This document shows, piece by piece, positions 12,754-24,535 of a stretch of DNA of 64,000 nucleotides. A model generated the notes under the pieces. The model ran no database searches. It had not been told where the DNA came from and worked only from the letters and a program-made list of their open reading frames with translations. This stretch comes from Patellaria atrata CBS 101060. Its lineage: Eukaryota. The translations under genes were made by a program, and so were the position numbers. Every line of letters starts with the position of its first letter. The stretch's first letter is position 1. Where the stretch lies: assembly GCA_010093705.1 (NCBI GenBank), contig MU006089.1, positions 3,126,061-3,190,060 of the forward strand. Reading direction: 5' to 3'.

Positions 12754-15220
12754 ATGGCTTCTACGCGCAAAACTCGCGATGTCGACGATGATATTATCAT
12801 GACCCTATCTGATAACGACTCTGGTCTCGATATACGATCAGACGACGAAGATCTGCCCTCCGCACAGCAGAATGGAGCGAAGAAGCGTAAGAGAGTGCCG
12901 GAAGCAATCAATGGCAGTAAAAAGAAATATAAGAAGCAAAAAAAGAATACTAAGGATGAAAGGGGGGCTGAGGGCCCGATAGAAGCAGACACTGATTATG
13001 ATTGGGCGGCTGAAGGCGTCGATGATGGTGCGATGGACTCTGATTTTGAGTTTCAGATTGGGGATGTGGATACCGGAGTTACGGAAGATTTTGATGGATG
13101 GGGATTAAGTAAAGGGAGAGAGGAAGAGAATGGTACGAAAGGTGGTAACCTGAAGGGTGTGGATATTGATGAGATTATTGCCCGACGGCGGAGAAAGAAT
13201 AAGAAAGTAGATGGAGATGATGAAGAGGATCCGGATGATGTTGAGGTTGATGATACATTCGCTGGGTTCGAAGAGGACGATGAACTGCTGGCTGAAGACG
13301 GATTCGGTATGGGAGCTGCAGGGGACGATGATGATTCTGACGTTACCGACGGAAATGAGGAAGCTGGAGGCTCTGACGATGAGGATATAGAAGATGGAGA
13401 TGCATCAGACGACGATTCGGTGGCATCTCCTGTTGCACATCCGGACGATTTTGCCTCGGATGCATCCTTTGAAGTTGATGATCGAGAAGATCCGGTAGAA
13501 GCTGAACGGCGAGCTGCATTCTTTGCCCCTGAAGAAAAGTTGGATATCCATAAGGAACAAATTACCAAAACCGCAGGGTCATTTCAAAGCATGTCTTTAT
13601 CACGACCAATTCTGAAAGGTTTAGCTGCTGTGGGCTTTACCGCACCAACTCCGATTCAGGCAAAAACTATACCAGTTGCACTTTTGGGTAAAGACGTCGT
13701 TGGTGGCGCTGTGACTGGTTCAGGAAAAACTGGCGCGTTCATTATTCCCATTCTCGAACGCCTCTTGTACAGACCCAAGAAAATCGCAACAACCAGGGTG
13801 GTTATCCTTATGCCGACGAGAGAATTAGCAGTCCAATGTTTCAATGTGGCTAAGAAACTTGCTAGCTTTACCGACATCACGTTTGCTCAGATCGTCGGTG
13901 GTTTCAGTTTAAGGGAGCAAGAGCAGGTCTTGAAGTCTAGACCAGATGTTGTTATTGCTACTCCAGGTCGATTCATCGATCATATGCGCAATTCGGCTAG
14001 CTTTGCCGTGGAAACGCTCGAGATCTTGGTCCTGGATGAGGCTGACAGGATGCTCGAGGATGGTTTCGCTGACGAATTGAACGAGATTCTGACAACAATA
14101 CCCAAATCGAGACAAACAATGTTGTTCTCGGCTACTATGACCGATTCTGTCGACAAACTCATCCGCGCTGGTTTAAATAGACCGGTTCGCTTGATGGTTG
14201 ATGCTAAAAAGCAGACTGTTTCTGGTCTTGTACAGGAGTTCGTTCGAATACGTCCTGGGAAAGAGGATAAGAAACTTGCATATCTCATGTATCTATGCGA
14301 ACATGTTTACACCGAGAGGGTCATTGTATTCTTCCGGCAAAAGAAAGAGGCACATCGAGTACGCATTATCTTCGGTTTATGTGGTCTGAAAGCAGCAGAG
14401 CTTCACGGAAGCATGAGTCAAGAACAGGTAACCCTTTTCAAATCTCAGAGGATGTAATTGCTTGCTTACAAATATCTAGCGCATACAAAGTGTTGAATCT
14501 TTCCGGTCTGGTGCGGCCAACTACCTGCTAGCTACTGATTTAGCATCCCGTGGTCTAGATATCAAAGGTGTTTCTACGGTACTAAATTACGGCGCCCCTC
14601 AAACGCACGAGATATATCTCCATCGTGTTGGCCGTACTGCACGTGCAGGGCGTACCGGTCGTTCATGTACCATCGCATCGGAACCCGATCGCAAAGTCGT
14701 CAAGGCGGCGGTCAAAGCAGCTCGAGCTCAAGGAGCGAAGATTGTCTCTAGAATCCCACCATCCGAGGATATCGATGCTTGGCAAAAGAAGTTAGAAAGC
14801 TTTGATGAAGAGATCGACGACATCTTGAAAGAGGAGAAAGAGGAGAAAGCCCTGTCACAGGCCGAACGGGAGGTTAAGAGGGGTGAAAATATTGTCACTC
14901 ATGAAACTGAAATCATGTCAAGACCCAGGCGGACGTGGTTCGAAAGCGAAAAGGAGAAGCAGAAAGCCAAAGACGCCGGACGCGTAGAGTTAAATGGTCC
15001 GAATGTCCTAGGGACGAAGCTGAAGAAAAAGCTTAGCGGCAAGGACAAGAAGAAGCTAGCGATGAAGGATGAGAGGGCAGAGGGCAGGCCGTGGAAGAAG
15101 GGTTCTGCTGAGAGGGCAGGAAAGGGGTTTATAGCGAAGATGAAGAGCGGTGCTAGGGGAAAAAGTAGTAAGAAAACAGCAGGAAAAGCCGATGGAAACG
15201 CCAAGGGTAAACACAGATAG
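12754..15220 (+). CDS. DRS1: DEAD-box RNA helicase Drs1/DDX27 (60S biogenesis)
   Basis: Acidic N-terminus, Q motif [30 protein letters not shown]. After intron 14428-14479: [18 protein letters not shown], and the Drs1-type tail [12 protein letters not shown]. Confidence 0.95.
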
Positions 15221-15763
15221 TGACGGTGGTACGCATGCGGTGTCCCTCAAACGTAACGAGTCCGTCGTCATTCTATTATCACGTGTTCATCCTTTGTCGT
15301 TATTCCTTTTTTTATTCTACGCTATTGCTAATAACGCATTGACTTGTTTATACAGCTCACGAGGTCTAACATAGATTGAGCTCACAATGCCTTTTACTGC
15401 AAACTTACAGAATGTGATGGGAGCTCACGAGTGGAGATTAGGCAGAACCGATCCTTCGAATAAGCTCCGTGTATTGTACATGTGCAATAACAATAGTGAA
15501 TGGGAGAACGTCGTAAACCGATCCCGGGGAGCTTTTTCACTGTCTCAAGTGGTATAACTGTACAACCCAAGTTTCTAGCTTAATGCTATTCAAATATTTC
15601 TTCCCTCCCAATTTTTCTGCCTTTCCTTTTTACAACATCCGGTACAATACATACTAGAGATCAATATATCAATACATACCTACCCGATACCGAATATATA
15701 CCTGCCCTATTTCAAATATATACTTACCTCATATTAAATACGTACCTACCACATACCTGCAAA

Positions 15764-16591
15764 ATGGATGCCGATAACAGCACCACTGGAAGCTTCGAGA
15801 TAATGGACGCTATGGTCAGCAGCATTGAGAGCTTCAACGCAACGCACACGGTGAGCAGCAGCTCCGAGAATTTCGAGATGGTGGAGGAGAGTAACGAAGA
15901 CAACTTCGAATATGCGGAGGTTGAGAGTTACCACTCTGGGGACTTCGAAGGAACGAACATTCCCGATAGTCTCGAGACCATGGATACAGAAAGCACGGGG
16001 ATCGAGAGCAACACATCAACAGAAAATGCTACAATGTCACCCACGTCGGCGAAATCCAGACTTTCAATCCGTGGATCGATTCCTGCACGACAACTTATGA
16101 CTCTTCCCACGGAACTCCAACTTGAGATAATCTCTCACATGAATCCGGCGGAGAGAACAGTGTTGAAATTAACCTGCAAATACTTCTACCGCTTCAACGA
16201 GCTCGAGACGCTTCCCTCTTTCTTCAAGCATCCGCCTCTAGACGCGCCAAGCCATTACCATCCGCAATCCATATACCTCAGGAAACTCATCCAGTCTAGG
16301 GCTATCGACTTCACTGGTTGGCCTTGCTTAAGTTGTGAACGATTTCTCCCGTCGTTCAAGTTCACCAAGACGGTGCAGGAAGAAATGCGCTGGGTAAGGA
16401 AAGACCAGGACCCTCAAGCGATGAGTGCCCTTGTTCTTTTGTTCGCCATGTCGTCTAGGAAGAACCACCCGTCGAACACTAGGTACAAGAGGCTCATTTA
16501 TGGGGATCTTCACTGCGCGGAGTGCGACGACAAGGAGTTTAGGGATCTTGCGGCTGAGAGGGAGACTCTCTATGGGAACTCGGAGGAATGA
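15764..16591 (+). CDS. F-box protein with CxxC motifs (array copy A)
   Basis: Intact 275-aa ORF. F-box LMTLPTELQLEIISHMNPAERTVLKLTCKYF, followed by WPCLSCERFLP and LHCAECD. Confidence 0.8.
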   Translation: MDADNSTTGSFEIMDAMVSSIESFNATHTVSSSSENFEMVEESNEDNFEYAEVESYHSGDFEGTNIPDSLETMDTESTGIESNTSTENATMSPTSAKSRLSIRGSIPARQLMTLPTELQLEIISHMNPAERTVLKLTCKYFYRFNELETLPSFFKHPPLDAPSHYHPQSIYLRKLIQSRAIDFTGWPCLSCERFLPSFKFTKTVQEEMRWVRKDQDPQAMSALVLLFAMSSRKNHPSNTRYKRLIYGDLHCAECDDKEFRDLAAERETLYGNSEE

Positions 16592-16610
16592 GAGCTTGGC
16601 GAGCATTGAG

Positions 16611-16718
16611 TTCAAACGGCTCACGTTTGGGGGTTTGTATCGTTAGGATTGCGATGAAAAGGGGCTGAGGGATCTTGAGGCAGAGAGGCAGAAAATTCAT
16701 GGCAGCTCGGAGGAATGA
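16611..16718 (+). pseudogene. Degenerate tandem duplicate of the last 36 codons of F-box copy A
   Basis: FKRLTFGGLYR*DCDEKGLRDLEAERQKIHGSSEE* aligns without gaps to YKRLIYGDLHCAECDDKEFRDLAAERETLYGNSEE* (16484-16591). Confidence 0.85.
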
Positions 16719-17590
16719 AAGGTTGGATGTGCCCTTGACTTATATTTATGGCTGAACAGTGAGTGTTCTTCCTGTGTCATGGCGCTCTTGTCTTACCAAA
16801 GCATAGTTTACTTTACCCAAGGATTCGCTGGTCCATTATATAGCTTATTACCATCACAATAGAATATAGGGACGGAATACACTTCATTAGCGATTCAAAA
16901 TACCACAGCTTCGCAAAATGTATAGGACAACGGGTGCTTAAGGACTATAACATGGACAGAACAGAGTATCTTTTCGGACATTGTACAATTTCTATTCCGT
17001 CTCTTCCATTGTCGTATTCCTCGTCTGCTCCACGCTTGTGCTTAAGGTAAACACACAATTCCAGTGTACGGAAAACTGGACGATACACGAATAAAGCCCA
17101 ACTGGCGTACGATATAGCCGTATAGACAATAGAAGTCGTTGGTAACGCGCTAGTGATTGTTCAACAATCGTATAGAGACTCGGGAATGCCAACCTCGACG
17201 TTGGAGGCTATAAAGTATGAGGAAGCATCGTACCTGCACACCAGCGGCTTCTTACTGCTCAAAAACAAGGAGTCTTTCAAACGCTTTATATAGTACGTTA
17301 ACAGTACACTGGAGTTTTATCTTGGATCCCTATAAATATCCATTTCGTCTCGAGTCCTACCTCATTTCTATTCTCTAAAGCATCTTATATCTACTTTCTA
17401 CAACTTCCAATTTCCAACTTCTACTCCCTTAACAGCGTCAACAACAAACTTGAGAGCTCGAATCATTGCCACTCGAGATTAAAACCCCTTTGAAAATTTC
17501 CCCCAGACGGATATCGCAGAGGATTTCGCACCAGCGGATGACGGTCTAGCGAATACAACGCCAAACGACCATGGAGAGTTGAGTGTTATA

Positions 17591-18080
17591 CCAACCCCTG
17601 GACGAACTCTGCTAACCATACCCCCGAACTCCAACTCCAGGTATTCGCGTTCCTCAGCCCAGCGGAGAAACTAGTCTTCAGACACACATGCAAGCACTTC
17701 TACGCCTTCAAAGAACTCGACACGCGCCAGGAATTCTTAGCAGGTACCTGCAGCATCCCGCAGTACCGGTACATCGACACGCTCATCCGGACTTCACTAG
17801 CTGGCCTTGTCTCGCGTGCAAGCAGTTCATGCCGGCTAAGAAGTTTCCCAAGAAGGTCGAGCAGAACATCCAATTGGTGAGACAGTAGACGTTTTCGAGC
17901 GTGTTTCTTCTCTGGAAGGCTGCTAATGTGGAGAAGGATATGCCGTTGGGTGATAGGCGGGGGAAAGCTGTGTATGGGGATTTGATTTGTCACGAGTGCG
18001 ATGAGAAGGAGACGGTTGAGCTGGAGAAGTACACGAGGAACCTCTATGGAAACCAGGGGGAGAGGGGGGGTGGATATTAA
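17591..18080 (+). pseudogene. F-box/CxxC pseudogene (copy B, paralog of A)
   Basis: RTLLTIP[frameshift]ELQLQVFAFLSPAEKLVFRHTCKHFYAFKELDT...[frameshift]DFTSWPCLACKQFMP...VRQ*(17886-17888)...YGDLICHECDEKE...LYGN. Colinear with copy A. The 5' limit is uncertain. Confidence 0.85.
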
Positions 18081-18752
18081 CCCCAATGTCATGGTTGGAG
18101 GATAAGTGCACTGTACGAGTGGGTTTTCTTTGTTTATCTCCTTTCTGGCGGATTCTGGTAGATATCTGTTTCGGGCTAGGTACAAATATAGTATTGTCTT
18201 ATATTCAAATAGCTTACGAATCTTTTGTGAGTTCCTTCTAGTCTACTTATCTTTTGTTCTCAAAATTCAAATATACTAAAAGGGGCTCAGAGTGACATGT
18301 CACAATGTTGAATAATGTACGTGTCGATCCCCTATGATAATGTGTTACGTCAGCTCATCTATTGACCCATATATCAACAATCCAGCAGCTGCTTTTTATA
18401 GCCGTGCGTACTGTCAACTGAACACCCGGGAGTAGAGTCCTCCAAGTTACACACCAAATGCAATTCCCCAGCGTCTTCCAGCGCCGCCAGTGCGGGGCGA
18501 CGAATCAACCCCTTTCAGCAGAATGAAGACCTCAGAGCCCTCCCGTCACCCATCTCGTTCGACCTTTAGCCATCTCTAATAGAAATCCAGTGCGCGTTAT
18601 AGGATCTCGTCACACGTCAGTAAGGGAGTCTTCAAAGGCAAGCAGGCCCAAGGATCAGACTTGGAATTGTATGTGTTGGAATACTACTGAAGGTAAGGAG
18701 TGAGTTAACTGGTTTAAGGCGTACGGATTCAGACTTCGAGTACGAAGACCAC

Positions 18753-19538
18753 ATGAGGATCGAAGATGTGCCGAATGGTCCCTTTCTAAACCTACCGGAC
18801 GAGTTGCACCTCAAGATTATATCTTACCTTGACCCATTATCGAAAGCAGAGCTCAAACGGGTCAGTTGTCACTTCAGAGGTTTCAAAGAACTCGCTGTCA
18901 TACCTTCGCCATTTCACTACTTTACACTAGATACTCCGGAACAGGAAAAGCGGTTCCTTGGGATACTGTATCAAAGAAAAGGGGTTCCTTCTATAAACCA
19001 CCCCTGTCATAATTGCGAGAAGTTTCTTCCCCCTTCCGAGTTCACTGAAAAAGCTTCTAAATGCTTCAAGAGGAAACTCGCGCGTATACGTTGCATTACA
19101 TGTGCGCTAAGATCAGGGATGGACTATTCTGAGTCTAATTCGTACGTGTGTAGTTTAACACAATGCGGAGGAGGCCTGGGTGGAATGGTCATCAAGGTTG
19201 GCGGCCGCAAGCCTGGAGAAGAAGCGAAGAGGGTCTATGGTTGTACTATATGCAAGACTGCTCAAGACAAAGCAGGTTGCAGGGGGTGTATGGGGTGCGT
19301 GAACTGCGTGAACTGCGTGACGCTTGCCGATGTTGTGCAGGGACTAGATCAGGAATTCGGAGGCTTCTTCACGTTCATTGAAAGCTGTAAGAGAGTTATG
19401 AAGGAGTTCCCGCGGGGTTGTTCAGGTGATCATGTCCGGAAGCTGGCTCGCCTTCCTTGTCAGTTATATGATCTCGAGGTGTTGGAATATCATATCCATG
19501 GCAAGAAGATTGCTACGGAAGTAGTGACTGGTGAATAG
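18753..19538 (+). CDS. F-box protein with multiple CxxC motifs (array copy C)
   Basis: Intact 261-aa ORF. F-box FLNLPDELHLKIISYLDPLSKAELKRVSCHFRGFKEL, then HPCHNCEKFLP, RCITC, CTIC and CRGCMGCVNCVNC. An upstream exon is not excluded. Confidence 0.8.
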   Translation: MRIEDVPNGPFLNLPDELHLKIISYLDPLSKAELKRVSCHFRGFKELAVIPSPFHYFTLDTPEQEKRFLGILYQRKGVPSINHPCHNCEKFLPPSEFTEKASKCFKRKLARIRCITCALRSGMDYSESNSYVCSLTQCGGGLGGMVIKVGGRKPGEEAKRVYGCTICKTAQDKAGCRGCMGCVNCVNCVTLADVVQGLDQEFGGFFTFIESCKRVMKEFPRGCSGDHVRKLARLPCQLYDLEVLEYHIHGKKIATEVVTGE

Positions 19539-20120
19539 TCCGTAGCCGGAACCCCTATTCTTTGTTTTATACATAGATGTCAGTTAGTGTCAAACGATCC
19601 ATGTACAGATCAATAATTTAATACACACAATACAATGACAAATTGTAATTTGTGGAAATTGAGTAATATTATGCATTCGATTTCTCCGTTGACCCATTAC
19701 CTAACCGGTCACGTTATCCGTGAGTCGGTGGTATTCGTATGCTTCCCTATCCCTTCCCCTACCCGTATGTCTACCTCCCAGTGGGTTTTCCGCACACTAA
19801 CTGTACGGTTGGAAGCTCTCGTACACTTTGACTCTCCTATATTAGGAATCCTCGGGAGAGTGAGCGCGTAGGACTTGGAAGAATATCGATTTAAATTTTA
19901 GACTTGGAGTGTTCTTTGTTCTTTCCGGAAAATAGACTTTGACATGAACAGAACATGAACATCGAACCTAGGCTCCTCAGTATCCCAGGTGAGCTGGTAC
20001 TAGAGAGATCCCTTAGGTGAGATGGTGGAAATCAATTTCCAAAAGAGCAGAGATGCTCGAATGAAACCCTAGAACTATATCTAAAGTCTTGGCGTTCAAA
20101 AAAACCCTTTAAAAACTCAC

Positions 20121-20244
20121 GAATTTTTTGGTCATTAGCTTAACGGATAGGAATAAAATAACTTCGTTCGGTTATCTATACTCCTGATGAAAAATCTCGA
20201 AGATCCATGTGTGACATTAATTTTCGGTATATGGTGGTAAAAGT
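20121..20244. repeat. Dispersed non-coding repeat, copy 1
   Basis: Colinear with 31306-31431. The core atgaaaaatctcgaagat(c/t)catgtg is 24/25 identical. Confidence 0.7.
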
Positions 20245-20754
20245 GAAATTTCAAAAACTTGAGAATGTTGATGCGTAGCGCGTTGAACGTCACGCGTGTT
20301 TTGGACGGGGGATTTTCGGCTTGTGTGACCTCGCTTAATCTACGGGGTCTACGGGGAACTATTATCAATATTGCGAAGGTGAATTTCCTTTCTCATGCAC
20401 GATACACCTCCACAAACGAAAGTCCGATGTAACATATTACACCAAGTTTCTGATTAGCATGGGCGCAATAAGCCTTTAGAGATTTTATGAAAGGGAAAGG
20501 TTGAGCTATAGAGCTCATAGTGTACCTGCATTTCTAAGCTAGTAGGTGACTTGCTCCTATGTGAATAAACCCCTTTTCAAGTCTGACTCGTCCAAACCTC
20601 CAGGTCATGCCTTGAACATGTATCCATACGCCCAAGATATTAGACTATCCACTTATAAAACAAAGTAAATACTTGTAGAAGTCTAATCCACGTTATACAC
20701 GGACATAGATCGTATACATCTTTTACTTAAAATTAAAATAGGAATAACTTTTTA

Positions 20755-21289
20755 ATTAACATGCGCTTCAAAGTGCACAACCCCAAACAGCTTGGACAGT
20801 CCGGCACGTATCGCACAGGTAAACTTTCTTGTCTCTGTGGTGTCCGGTTTGGATGTATAATCCAGGAGAATGACAGCGCTTGCTTGAACTGATTCTGTCC
20901 AGACCGCATTGCAGGCAGAATTCCAGCACGGCATCTTCGTCGTAAAGTCCCTTGATTTGGGTCGTAGCTGAAGGCTCTAGTTAATAGAAATTTCTTGCAA
21001 TGGGAACAAGGTAACTTAGCTCCTTGAACTTCCTGAAGTGTCGATTAACTCGCTTGAGCATGAACTTGGCCACATGAGAGATGATCTCCAGTTGTATCTC
21101 GTCGGGAATGCTGAGGAGAGTGACTTTGGGAATGGATTTGGATTTTGTATTGTCCGTGTTAGATCCGTTGAGGGAGGGTAGTGCTATATCTGATAACTGT
21201 CAACCAATCTGCAATAACAGATACAAGCAAAGGTCGGAAAATTACCCATATTCTCTTGTGAGAAGTGAAGAGGTTGTCATAGGTAGCAT
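20755..21289 (-). pseudogene. F-box/CxxC pseudogene (copy D, closest to C)
   Basis: TLLSIPDEIQLEIISHVAKFMLKRVNRHFRKFKEL, then PCSHCKKFL in a shifted frame, FCLQCGL, and KVYLCDTCRTVQAVWGCAL*SAC* (compare RVYGCTICKTAQDKAGCRGCMGC in copy C). Contains deletions, frameshifts and stops. Confidence 0.8.
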
Positions 21290-21527
21290 GTTTATTCTTT
21301 CAGAGACCCTACTTATATCATGCACAGCGCAAGTTATCTTATCGATTGTGCAAACGCCGATGTAGTTACGTATGAGCGTTTCCATGGGCCTTCTACAAAC
21401 AATAGAATGAACGGTATACATATATCAACGGATCCTAGTCGTGGTCAGGAAGTACACAACGAGGAATATACACGAAAATTTCCAGAAAGAAATCATCTTC
21501 CAGCACTAACCATCATATACCCTCAAT

Positions 21528-21890
21528 ATGGTCCCCAAACCACCATGCACCATCCTCAGCCCTCCAGACGAGTTACACCTCCAAATCATTTTTTTTACCT
21601 CGACTTCAAATCCAAATTCAAGTTCATACGCGTGAATCGCCACTTCAGGAGCTTTAAGGAACTCCCATCCCCAACAGATGTCTCCGAAAGACGTGCTGCA
21701 TAGGAGCGCCTGGACACCTTTCTCGAATACCGTGATGCAGGCGTCATTTCTTATCTCAAGTATCCTTGCATGTCCTGTAAGCGGTTCCTCTCTTGCAGAA
21801 AGTTTAGCGAGGATAGGTTTAAGTTCACGAAGCGGGTATATCGGTCGTCGTACTGCCTCGGATATGAGGTGGAGCGCTACGGTTCTTGAC
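21528..21890 (+). pseudogene. F-box/CxxC pseudogene (copy E)
   Basis: MVPKPPCTILSPPDELHLQII[frameshift in T8 run]YLDFKSKFKFIRVNRHFRSFKEL...AA*(21701-21703)...KYPCMSCKRFLSCRKFS. Confidence 0.8.
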
Positions 21891-22290
21891 TTGGGGGTTA
21901 GTACGTAAGAGGTGTACGTATACTGTACTGCCGTAAGATCTGGTTGGAATCTTGACTAACTAGTCAGCTATTATTGTTATTACGGCTGGTTCAGCACAAC
22001 TTTTCTACAATTTACCAACTCAGATATATATGTAGGCGTGTAGTATATCAAAAGAGGAAATCCGGATTTTGGTGTGAGAAAGTTAGAGCCTAAGGAGGAT
22101 TTATGTGAATCGAAGTAAACCAAATGCTAAATCAAGTAGTCACAAAACAGGAAGTCATGGAATGAATGCGCCTGCATCAATGTCAGATATATGCCATGTC
22201 TCAACTCATGCTATATTCATGAAAGTTCTATATGTGTACCCGTCCCTCACCCTTGTCTCAACCATACCATCATACAACACCACTACATAA

Positions 22291-24535
22291 TCAGCTCGGT
22301 GGAAACCCATGGAACAACCACGCCCACTTGCTTTGTCTCTGATTCTGATCAAACTCGAAGGAAAGCCCTCTCAGAAGCCGCACACTCGGCTCATCATTCC
22401 ACATCTCCTTACCAAAGAGGTGGTTCTCAGCAATCCGCTCGAAAGGGTCACGAGCATCATCAGGTATCTTCGCTCTGTATACGAATGTCTCACTAGGTGC
22501 GTACGGATCGGAAGCACCAAACGCAAGAATGGGCCATGTGATACCGGCGCTGTCGCCGTGTTGTCTCCTGAGGTCGCTTATATGTTCGTAGAGGAGGTCG
22601 GCCATGCAATAGTCATAGTCATCATCGATGCCTACCTTCTCAGATACGTAGGGGTTGAACCAAGGGGCTGGGTAGTTGAGGATATTGAGCAAGCTGAGAC
22701 GAAGGTTTAGGATGACTGCGTCCTAGAAGAACGTGAGTAACTGATTGCGAAATTTAATTGGAGTGGAGGGATTTGAATTTCAACTTACGAACAGATCTGT
22801 AAACTCGCGGTTGCTGAATGTCTCCCTATGCTCCGCATTGGAGACTCTGGCGCTAAGGTCTGCGTGAAAGCGTTGACCTCTGATTTGAAAGGAGGGAAAG
22901 GGTATCCCCAGATGCTCTAGCCGAGTGCAAGACTTGAGGAATTTAGCGAGTGAAACAGAGTCGTAGGCATGAAATTCGTCTATGAGTCCTGGGTCGTCCT
23001 CAGGGTCACTGGGTTCTACGATGCCATCTCCCGACCGTACATTTATGTATAGTAATTTCAAAGACTGACACTGTCTTGAGAGGTAATCCATTTTCGGTAA
23101 GGAACCATCCTTCTCTTTAACTCCTCTTAGGCTGACGTATAGTGCTTTAAGTTGGTTCTGGGGAAGGCCGTGCAACAGCTTATTGAGTGCGCCCGGGGTG
23201 GATTTATTTACGGGCAGATAAGGTGCTTCACTGTGAACTAGTTCGATCTCCTTTAGCTTTGAAACATCATTACTCACAATATCCCAAAGCAGAAGATCTG
23301 CTCGAAAACAGTAGCTTAGCGATAGGTGCTCAACGTTCGTGAGTTCGAAAAGTCGACCCCAGGAGCTCTGATATTTGGAAAGCTCTACATCGAAAAGACT
23401 GAGCCTTCTAAGGGAAGATGGGCTCTGAATTTCCAAGGAGTGTAGTACCCTAGAAGGATCGCTAAAGTGCATAGTCTCTGGATTGTTCGGGTCGAAATCT
23501 AAGCGATAATTCCTCAAGTCCAGCTGGAGGTCTGTGATCCGGTGATGTGCAAGTATCTGACACACGAGTTGTAATGTATGCTTATCATGTACTATTGAAT
23601 TCAAAGCAGAGACACGTTCCAGGTGATTTAGAGAGGAGGTCAAAGTGCTTGGACCCTCGGAACTGTATAAGTTGTCGCGCTCTCTGCGTTCTCTCTTTCG
23701 GACCTCTCCAGGTATTAGTGGAGAAGTCACCCAGGGGAATAATCCGGGTAGACTGAACATAATGGATTTGAGTCCTTTCTGTCGTCTCCATAGGTCCAAG
23801 GTTTCAAGAATAGGCATTGGAAAGTGTGCAAACCACCTAAATTAATAGTCAGCACTGATTATGTATCTCGTTGTCTATCAGTACATTCCCCGTCCACTGT
23901 ATGCGAATAATCTATTAAGAATAGATTTAACTACCATGCACCCGACTTAGAGTGTCCTTGACTCTGCTATACAGTGTGAAAATCCTTACGGAGGGTTCCC
24001 AGTCGTACATAAAACTTAATCGGATAGCGAAAAAGGAAGAGACATACTGGAAGTCAGTTAATTGATCTTTCGGCAAAATATAAATGAGATTCGACAGTCT
24101 ATCATATAGCCGCGCTGCTATGTCTTGGTCTTCCACAGGAGATTTTCCAAAGTTTGGGCAACCTAGAATCTTAACTACGCGGACATATGGCAAACCAGGG
24201 TTATGTTTTGACAATAAGCTATCATATCTCTCGCTGGATTCAAACATTAGGTCGAGACTGATATCGAGACGAAGATGGTTATAGAGGTGGAAGAGACCAA
24301 GTGAATGACATTTGCGGTTCACTCGGAGCAGGTAGGGCATATCGTTATTGTTATTTACCTTTAGATGTCAGTCATAATTCTCGGGGGAGCGAAGAGATAT
24401 AACCCATACAAAACTGAATATGCAATTCAAGACATCTTCATTCAGATCGAGGAGGTTATTCTGAGCTCTTTGACCTGTAGACCTAGAGAGATTTCTGATA
24501 GGTAGAGAAAGCGTATCCGTGCCTAATGTAGACAT
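22291..24535 (-). CDS. F-box-like protein with a degenerate leucine-rich (RNI-like) region
   Basis: ATG at 24535. NLLDLNEDVLNCIFSF/V...YLLRVNRKCHSL is F-box-like. Introns 24409-24359, 24047-23837 and 22788-22723 join three ORFs in frame. LxxLxL repeats: LRRLSL, VEHLSL, LKEIEL, LKALYV, LKLLYI, LEHLGI. The 3' end may extend to 22201 through a GC-AG intron. Confidence 0.75.
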
